Shown: piece after piece, positions 55,477-64,000 of the stretch
How positions within the stretch are numbered: the stretch's first letter is position 1
How the letters are laid out: every line of letters begins with the position of its first letter
Notes under the pieces: generated by a model
The model's input: only the letters and a program-made list of their open reading frames with translations
Databases searched by the model: none
Told to the model about the DNA's origin: nothing
Translations under genes and position numbers: made by a program
Assembly: GCA_965235115.1 (NCBI GenBank)
Contig: OZ249436.1
Span: forward strand, 27,096,001-27,160,000
DNA: 64,000 nt
From: Laetmonice hystrix
Taxonomy: Eukaryota
Direction of reading: 5' to 3'

Positions 55477-56470
55477 TGTCTTGTTTCGATATGCAGGCCT
55501 AGCTGATACTCGATCACAGCATTTGGCTGGAGGTTTACAAGAGATTCTGTCCAGGAAGGTCAGGTCGTTGACCGAAGTCTATAGGACCGCCTACAGCATC
55601 TTCAGCATGGCATAGCGTAGAGGGACGTCTCTGTGTCTTACGTCTTCTGTATAATAATTCTGTAAATTTTTCTCACCAGTTGTTTGAACACAGTGTGTAT
55701 AGTAGGGCCTAAATGTCCCGGGGGGAATGTCTGCAGTCCATTCCACAAGACAAAGGTGCCCAAATCTTGACATTGCTGTTCAATGACGTCCTCATTCATA
55801 ACAATGACATGAATGTCTGTCTCACACGATCTGATCACATCAGCAAATGTTTCAGCATTACTCATCATCTTCGCCCCGGACATGATCACTTTTCATGATC
55901 ACGTCAGTCGCTGACTATAACACAATGACATGGTATGTTCACGATGGTGGACCAACAGTGTATATTGAAACCTGCCTTTGCCGCCAATGTGCGCTCTGAA
56001 TTTGATTTTGTCATACGCAAGTAAAGTTTTCTGCAAGGTCCATTTGCAGTAGACACGTGTTGCTGCCTGGTTCCATGACGTTGGTTTCTGATTGGTTATA
56101 GGAGGAAGCCTGATTCTCTTTAATAAAAGAATGTCAGAAGAATAGGGGTAGCTGACTTGCTAGGTCTTGAAATGCGTCGGTTGTCGAGCAGTGCGTTGAT
56201 GGTTTGTTTTTTTTTACAAAGCCGTCTTTTCAGTCCATTGCCACCAACTGAAGACAGAGTCTTCTATTACCTGATCTCTAAACTGTTGGTTGAAGAGCTT
56301 TGTAGGCCTACCTTTCATATCAGGCCTAGATCTATACCAGGCCCTTAGCCTTCCAGGTGGGTGGAGTGGGGGTGGGGGATTTAGATGGGCCAAATGAGTC
56401 CATCACGAGGGCCGAAGAAATTTCAGGTTATTTTGGTGACATCTGGTGCATTTTAGAACACAAAATAAGG

Positions 56471-56640
56471 TCAGACAATCCCTCCAAACACTTAGCCAAC
56501 ATCTCATCCCCTTCCCAATCCACATGCTATGGCTGTCTGGCCCTCAGACATTACCTCTGACCACACAACCAACACCTTCCCCACCCTCAGCCCGATAAGG
56601 TGATGAAACGGATGGCCCATATTGTTCCCCAGCCCCCACA
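56471..56640 (+). repeat. Solo dispersed copy of the right part of the array interruption (degenerate monomers + GGTGATGAAACG tail)
   Basis: TCAGACAATCCCTCCAAACACTTAGCCAACATCTCATCCCC...AAGGTGATGAAACGGATGGCCCATATTGTTCCCC aligns by eye to 19704-19872 and 48690-48858. Confidence 0.9.
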
Positions 56641-57735
56641 TCAGGAAAAAATTCAATGCAGGCATTGAAATATTTCGCAGTTCTCCCGATGCCTCCCGAT
56701 GGTTCCATAAGGTATGGCAGCGACGTTCAAGTTTCGAGTAAAAAGTATATGGTAACCTAAAGGGTAAAACAAAATCTTAGGGATGGGCAACTGCCATCCC
56801 CTTTCCCCCGACTACCCCCCCCCCCCCCCCCAGCTCTACAGGCTACCCTTGGATTCTGTTTGAGTCCTTCGCTCACGTTGACGCTCCGTTGCTATTTCCC
56901 CCAGGGCCGCCCAAGATTCTGCACGTAAGCAGGGCAGGGCCCAAGAAACTTTTGGAATCATGGGGGGGGGGGGCGATATGACGGAATTACATTCACGTGT
57001 AATTCCGTCACGACGTTAATTGTAATTCCGTCACGGCTTGCTTTTAAATATAAACCACACTAAAACAATATATCATGATTATTTTCAGAAACAGCATTAA
57101 AAAACTTTGTTAAATACGGAATTTTATGAAATATCACGAAAAAATAACAGTGCCATGTGAACGAGATTGAAAATATTGTGACGGAATTACATTGACCACT
57201 TGTACTTGTTATTCTTCAAAGGTCAGACCGTCGCTCGTTAAATACACCCAATCTAAGCAAAAATAAACGTCACTCTGTAATCTACAGGAGTTTATCTTTA
57301 AAATGATATATAATATATGCCAGGTATCCAGATATGGTTGCGATGTAGGAACGGTTGACATCAGTTAAAACTGAACCTTGAATTTGGCGCCACATTCCTT
57401 CTTGGGTAGGTCACTTTGCGCATGCGCAGTGGGTGGGGCACTTGCAAAATACAGATTGACATTGACGTAGACGTAACAGAAAAGTCGTAAGGAACAGAAT
57501 GGTATATATATATGCAAGCACGTGGCTGGAATTCTCATATCTGATGTTCATGTCCCGATTTGCGTGGAATTCATGTAAGGATCACTAAAACCTTTACGAT
57601 CCTTATTTTTTGCGACTACTAAGGGCCCTACTGACCGTGCTGTTGCATATCAGATACCCCATGTTGTCACAAGGGTTAGCGCTGGCAATGTTAGAAGTCG
57701 CTATCTGCAACGCGCCCAATATTAGCAGTCGTCAA

Positions 57736-58222
57736 GGCCTGTGTCCACTTAAGCGGTATGCCGCGCGTCTTAACGCCGCGTGATACGCACAGTGAAACAC
57801 GCGGCGGAATACGCGGCGGCGATGCTTGTCCACTTTGGCGTGAAATTGCGGGCGCATACGGTCACTGATCATCATATCTTATCATATAAGCCTAAGCTTG
57901 GGTTTTTCTCCACCTCTGTGATCAGATGCTCAGTTGTTCGGTCGTCCGCCTTTCGAGACATCTTGATGAATGGCCAGGTGCAATTCAGTGCCAACTCTTC
58001 ACAAAACACGCGGCGTTATCCGCGCAATAAATAGATTTTCTTTAAGGCCTGTTCACACTTGCGGCGCGGTGCGGCGCGGCGCGGCGCGGTTTTAACCGCC
58101 CCTAAACGCTCCCAATGTTAAGTAATGAACGTGTTCATACTTACGGTGCGGTGCGGTGCGGCATGACGCGGTATGACGCGGCGAGCGATTCTCACCGCCC
58201 ACAAACTCTCCTGCAGTATTTT
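57736..58222. mobile_element. Two PIF/Harbinger-like MITE left-end fragments with GCGGY pentamer runs
   Basis: GGCCTGTGTCCACT at 57736 and TAA-GGCCTGTTCACACT at 58046, each followed by CpG-rich sequence. No matching right TIR in the window. Confidence 0.45.
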
Positions 58223-58223
58223 T

Positions 58224-60270
58224 CCACGTGACTTTGAAGTTTGTCAATTTTGACTTTTTTTTCTAAAACTGCTTCAGTCATATAGGAATCATGTATTTGG
58301 TCACTAGATATGTGCTGCTATTGACGATTGATCACTTTGCATATTTCTTTTCATAAATTTACCAATATATTTTTATTTATGATGAAATAATGTAATCTGA
58401 CGTAGACAGGCTCTACCTTGAAACGTGTTTAAGATAGCCATATACAAATACAAAAATTACTAAGTGTATAGATTCAGGTATACCACTGACTGTTTAGTTC
58501 TTGTTTTGGAAAGGTAATATGGCCAGAATTGTAGGTTTTAATAGTCTCCACAATAATATTTTTGCCGTCTGACAGTTGGCATCTCTGAATACACAGATCT
58601 CCCACTGTGCTGCAGCCGCCGGTCCCTGGCCAGGCCGGGAGAGAGTTGCGTAAGTGCTGGTGATAAGGGCCGGCGGGCGGTTGTGACTACTCCCCCCCCT
58701 CCCCCCTCCCTTCCTCCCAGTCAAGGTGGATTGGAAGAATATGTGTATTCAGAACAGACCTAACTGAATTAGCTCTATCTTTGAACTGTAGGTGTGACTG
58801 TCTAATACATGTACATGTTTTGGGGTGTCACATAGGGGAAGAGCTGAATGAAAGGATACTTTGATTGTTGCCAGTGGAGTTCAAGTGATACAACAAACTT
58901 TTGGTCAGCTGCACTTGGTTTCAGCCTGAGCCAACAGTCTGGTGTGGATGACATTTGCACCCATCTTTTTGCGTGAAACTGCCCTGACATGGTGCTTTAT
59001 GATATCTGTGATATTTTTCATGATGCCCGTAGGCCTAACAGGAATCTATCTAATCCATAAGGACTATAATATTTCATAATGTCAAAGGGATACTTAGTAA
59101 CTTCCATGTGGATGAAAATGGCCCTATTGTTAGGTCAATAATTAAATGAGAGAAAAATATTGGTAATGATCGAAAACCATTGGGGAAATGGGACCTACCT
59201 GTATTGCTTGGCAATAAGAATTTCTGGATTTAATTAGTATTTACGATTATAACGTTTCCTTCCACAATGATTAATATCAAAATAGGTAGGTATACCGTGC
59301 AGTAGACCTCTATGATCCCTTCGACATGTCAGGGGCGGATCCCCACTCTTTCTTTTTGAAGAATTGACAAAAATTAGTGTTAGGCTAGGTCCATATACAG
59401 CCGCGTGTCTACGATTTTCAGCAGGGCGGTCTCGGGAATTTTTTTTTTAATTAGAAGCTCTTAGATGCGATTTTTCCTCCTTTTGTGGACCCTTTTAGTG
59501 CATTATACCTTGTGGATTCATCACTCAACCAGTTTAATCGTTTGATGTTGTTCCATTGAATCTAAGGGGAAAAGAATCCATGCTCTGGAAGAGCATGGGG
59601 GGGGGGGGGGTCCGACCCCCGACCCCTGCTGACATGCGCCTGAAATACTTTGAGAAACTTCACATCTAGCTCCAGAAATAACGTTCTTTGACCATCTAAA
59701 TTTAAGTAGCCGCCCCCCACCATGTTCGCCTCACACCTTTGGTGCCCTTCCTTTCTTGCAGTACTATTGAACAGGAATAGGAAATCATACATTGTATGCT
59801 CTTTCAATTGACACCAAGTTTTATTATATACCGTATCATATGATGTCATAATGATGCCATTGACATCTTCCAAGGCTTCTAAGTAATAAACCATTCAAGA
59901 TAGAGCCATGGTTACAAACACGAATAGGAAGTCATATATGATCTTTCGCTTGACATTTTTTACATGACGTGTCTCATGACATCATAAGGTGTCATAGATA
60001 TTTTTCTCAGGGCAATGACTTGTAAATGGTTGAGGTTGGGACTATAGTTAATATTAAACACTAATAGGAAGTACATGCTCTTTCATTTGAGACCAAGATT
60101 TATGTAGCCTGACGTGCCACCTCATAATTACGTCATTTACCTCATTTAAAGCTTGTAAGTCATTAACCACGCAAGATTGAGACATATTGTTTACCCACTC
60201 AGAACGTGTCATATATGACGTGACTCCCCGGGGATGGGATCAATTGTGGTATCGCCACAACGTGTCTAGT
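58224..60270 (+). mobile_element. Helentron/HINE (DINE-1-like) non-autonomous element, tandem copy 1, 5'-truncated
   Basis: Matches copy 2 from CCACGTGACTTTGAAG onward. Ends with subTIR GGGGATGGGAT (60230-60240), hairpin TTGTGG-TATCG-CCACAA and CTAGT. Confidence 0.75.
59398..59642. mobile_element. Possible small MITE nested in the HINE body (second copy at 61893-62158)
   Basis: CAGCCGCGTGTC vs reverse-complemented right end CAGGCGCATGTC (10/12 match), with a subterminal poly-G. No TSD seen. Confidence 0.35.
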
Positions 60271-62776
60271 TATTATTTTTGGCGATGTAGTTGTAGTAGT
60301 TGTAGTAGTAAACAGTACCTCTATCTCAGTCATTTTTCAAGATATCTCAACCAGACTTGGTACATATCTTGACCATGACACGGTCTGGTAGGACAACGAG
60401 TTATGACCTGATAGGACGTCACGTCATGACGTCATGACGTGAAATGTGGTTTTGCACGTTGAGGCCAATTTTTATGCTCATATTAGGATTTTTTAAAACC
60501 CTTTATGCCATTGTAATCGGACAAGGGTGCTGCCTCAATCTGACACTTGATTTGACCTTTGACCTTTGACCTTGGGGAGAACTGGGCCCTTGGTCACAAA
60601 TCGGTTAAATCGCTACTCCTTCTTCATTTTGTGGAAAAACTTGTCAATGTTGGGCAGATACACTCTCTAACGAAAGCTCCACAAGGTGATCGTTGGGATT
60701 TAGCGATTTGACCTATTTTCGCCGAACCACGTGACTTTGAAGTTTGTCAATCTTGACATTTTTTTCTAAAACTGCTTTAGTCATGTAGGAATCGTGTATT
60801 TGGTCACTAGATATGTGCTGCTATTGACGATTGATCACTTTGCATATTTCTTTTCATAAATTTACCAATATATTTTTATTTATGATGAAATATGTAATCT
60901 GACTGTTGACAGGCTCTACCTTGAAACGTGTTTAAGATAGCCATATACAAATACAACTATTACAAAGTGTATAGATTCAGGTATACCACTGATTGTTTAG
61001 TTCGTTTTTTGGAAAGGTAATATGGCCAGAATTGTAGGTTTTAATAGTCTCCACAATAATATTTTTGCCGTCTGACAGTTGGCATCTCTGAATACACAGA
61101 TCTCCCACTGTGCTGCAGCCGCCGGTCCCTGGCCAGGCCGGGAGAGAGTTACGTAAGTGCTGGTGATAAGGGCAGGGCGGGCGGTTGTGACTACTCCCCC
61201 CCCCCTCCCTTCCTCCCAGTCAAGGTGGATTGGAAGAATATGTGTATTCAGAACAGACCTAACTGAATTAGCTCTATCTTTGAACTGTAAGTGTGACTGT
61301 CTAATACATGTACATGTTTTGGGGTCTCACATAGGGGAAGAGCTGAATAAAAGGATACTTTGATTGTTGGCAGTGGAGTTCAAGTGATACAACAAACTTT
61401 TGGTCAGCTGCACTCGGTTTCAGCCTGAGCCAACAGTCTGGTGTGGATGACATTTGCACCCATTTTTCTTGCGTGAAACTGCCCTGACATGGTGCTTTAT
61501 GATATCTGTGATATTTTTCATGATGCCCGTAACAGGAATCTATCTAATCCATAAGGACTATAATATTTCATAATGTCAAAGGGATACTTAGTAACTTCCA
61601 TGTGGATGAAAATGGCCCTATTGTTAGGTCAATAATTAAATGAGAGAAAAATATTGGTAATGATCGAAAACCATTGGGGAAATGGGACCTACCTGTATTG
61701 CTTGGCAATAAGAATTTCTGGATTTAATTAGTATTTACGATTATAACGTTTCCTTCCACAATGATTAATATCAAAATAGGTAGGTATACCGTGCAGTAGA
61801 CCTCTATGATCCCTTTCGACATGTCAGGGGCGGATCCCCACTCTTTCTTTTTGAAGAATTGACAAAAATTAGTGTTAGGCTAGGTCCATATACAGCCGCG
61901 TGTCTAGGATTTTCAGCAGGGCGGTCTCGGGAATTTTTTTTTAAATTAGAAGCTCTTAGATGCGATTTTTCCTTCTTTTGTGGACCCTTTTATTGCATTA
62001 TACCTTGTGGATTCATCACTCAACCAGTTTAAAATAGGCAGAATGGGTTGCACCTGTTCGTTTGATGTTGTTCCGTTGACTCTAAGGGGAAAAGAATCCA
62101 CGCTCTGGGGGAGCATGGGGGGGGGGTCCGACCCCCGACCCCTGCTGACATGCGCCTGAAATACTTTGAGAAACTTCACATCTAGCTCCAGAAATAACAT
62201 TCTTTGACCATCTAAATTTAAGTCGCCGCCCCCCACCATGTTCGCCTCACACCTTTGGCGCCCTTCCTTTCTTGCAGTACTATTGAACAGGAATATGAAA
62301 TCATACATTGTATGCTCTTTTAATTGACACCAAGATTTATTATATACCGTATCATATGATGTCATAATGATGCCATTGACATCTTCCAAGGCTTCTTAGT
62401 AATAAACCATTCAAGATAGAGCCATGGTTACAAACACGAATAGGAAGTCATATATGATCTTTCGCTTGACATTTATTACATGACGTGTCTCATGGTGTCA
62501 TAGATATTTTTCTCAGGGCAATGACTTGTAAATGGTTGAGGTTGGAACTATAGTTAATATTAAACACTAATAGGAAGTACATGCTCTTTCATTTGAGACC
62601 AAGATTTGTGTAGCCTGACGTGCCACCTCATAATTACGTCATTTACCTCATTTAAAGCTTGTAAGTCATTAACCTCGCAAGATTGAGCCATATTGTTCAC
62701 CCACTCAGAACGTGTCATATATGACGTGACTCCCCGGGGATGGGATCAATTGTGGTATCGCCACAACGTGTCTAGT
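60271..62776 (+). mobile_element. HINE-like element, tandem copy 2 (2506 bp; lacks the 5' hairpin module)
   Basis: Starts TATTATTTTTTGGCGATGTAGTTGTAG directly after the CTAGT of copy 1 and has the same 3' terminus at 62736-62776. Confidence 0.8.
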
Positions 62777-63037
62777 TATCCCATCCCCTACGGAGGGGAT
62801 GGGATTTAGAAATTGTGTGGTTTCGTCTTCTGTATTATTATCCCATCCCCTACGGAGGGGATGGGATTTTGAAATTGTGTGGTTTCGTCTTCGGTATTAT
62901 TATTATTATCCCATCCCCTACGGAGGGGATGGGATTTAGAAATTGTGTGGTTTCGTCTTCTGTATTATTATTATTATCCCATCCCCTACGGAGGGGATGG
63001 GATTTAGAAATTGTGTGGTTTCGTCTTCTGTATTATT
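62777..63037. repeat. Four tandem copies of the 62-68-bp hairpin head module
   Basis: Hairpins start at 62778, 62840, 62908 and 62976; length differences come from the (TAT)n linker. Confidence 0.95.
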
Positions 63038-63052
63038 TTTGGCGTCGTAGTT

Positions 63053-63088
<36 letters not shown>
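63053..63088. repeat. (GTA)12 microsatellite
   Basis: Direct read; a short degenerate equivalent lies at ~60287-60310 in copy 2. Confidence 0.95.
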
Positions 63089-64000
63089 AACTTGTATGTC
63101 TATCTCAGTCAATTTTCAAAATATCAAAATGAAATTTGGCACACATCTTAACAATGACAAAGTATGGTCAGGCATCGAATCCTGACGTCATGTAACGTCA
63201 CGTCATGACGTGATGACGTCAAACGTATTATGAAAATTGAAGCCATTTTTAAGCTCATATTGGGAATTTTTTTTTAAAAACCATCATGCCCTCATAATCG
63301 GCCAAAGGTGCTGCCTCAATTTGAGTCTTGATTTGACCTTTGACCTTTGACCTTAGGGTGAACTGGGTCATTGGTCACAAATCGGTTAAATTGCTTCTCC
63401 TTCTCTATTTTTTGGTAAAATTCGACAATATTCGGCAAAAACACTCTCTAACGAAAGGTTAACAATACGATTCCAAGGATTAGCGATTTGACCTATTTTC
63501 GCCGAACCACGTGACTTTGAAGTTTGTCACTTTTGACATTTTTTTCTAAAACTGCTTTAGTCATATAGGAATCGTGTATTTGGTCACGAGATATGTGCTG
63601 CTATTGACGATTGGTCACTTTGCATATTTCTTTTCATAAATTTACCAATATCTTTTTTATTTATGATGAAATAATGTAATCTGACGTTGACAGGCTCTAC
63701 CTTAAACCTGTTTAAGATAGCCATATACAAATACAACAATTACAAAGTGTATAGATTCAGGTATACCACTGACTGTTTAGTTCTTGTTTTGGAAAGGTAA
63801 TATGGCCAGAATTGTAAGTTTTAATGGGTATAGTCTTCACTATAATATTTTTACACTCTGACAGGTGGCATCTCTGAATACACAAATCACCTGCTGGGAG
63901 GCCAGAGCCAGGGTCGGCAGAGGGTTACGTAAGCGCTGGTGATAAGGGCCGGCCAGGCGGCCGGGTCGGCAGGCGGGTTGTGACTCCGCCCCCTCCCTCC

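Larger units (their letters stand above)
54851..57188 (-). mobile_element. Decayed DNA transposon region bounded by clustered AATTCCGTCA(C) motifs
   Basis: The motif occurs at 54851, 54876, 57001 and 57024 (forward) and at 56979 and 57178 (inverted). Internal broken minus-strand coding fragments include a PHD finger, NAETFADVI...W...PG and SWWQW. True termini were not identified. Confidence 0.5.
62777..64000 (+). mobile_element. HINE-like element, tandem copy 3 (more diverged; runs off the right edge)
   Basis: 5' hairpin ATCCCATCCCCT-ACGG-AGGGGATGGGAT whose left arm is complementary to the 3' subTIR, then a (GTA)n microsatellite, then a body homologous to copy 2. Confidence 0.8.

Noticed and set aside
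59562..62389. Duplicated minus-strand ORFs (110 and 147 aa) as genes
   Set aside because: They lie inside the non-coding HINE units, differ by frameshifts at homopolymers, and show no recognisable domain.
62815..63132. 105-aa ORF with poly-Ser
   Set aside because: It is a translation of the hairpin minisatellite and the (GTA)n tract.

Overview
Eukaryotic (probably invertebrate animal) repeat-dense window with no intact host gene. Positions 1 to ~49,324 are a C-rich 72-bp satellite (consensus CCAATCCCCATGATATGGCTGACTGGCCCTYAGACATTACCCCGAACCACTCAGCCAACACCCTCCCTCTTC, roughly 650 monomers by estimate). It has nested higher-order repeats (offsets 794, 1876, 2224, 3961, 5075, 9127 and 22290 bp), a canonical G-quadruplex motif in the consensus monomer, and five copies of a ~620-bp interruption that may be part of the parent mobile element. 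The remaining ~15 kb is nested transposon debris: a long palindrome, a Ty3/Gypsy pol remnant, a TIR MITE, decayed DNA-transposon/PHD fragments, Harbinger-like ends and three head-to-tail Helentron/HINE-like elements. The most interesting item is a decayed minus-strand non-LTR-retrotransposon ORF1 (coiled coil + RRM) followed by a nearly complete NADAR (YbiA-like) domain. The ORF track misses this domain because of frameshifts, and no ORF2 follows it.
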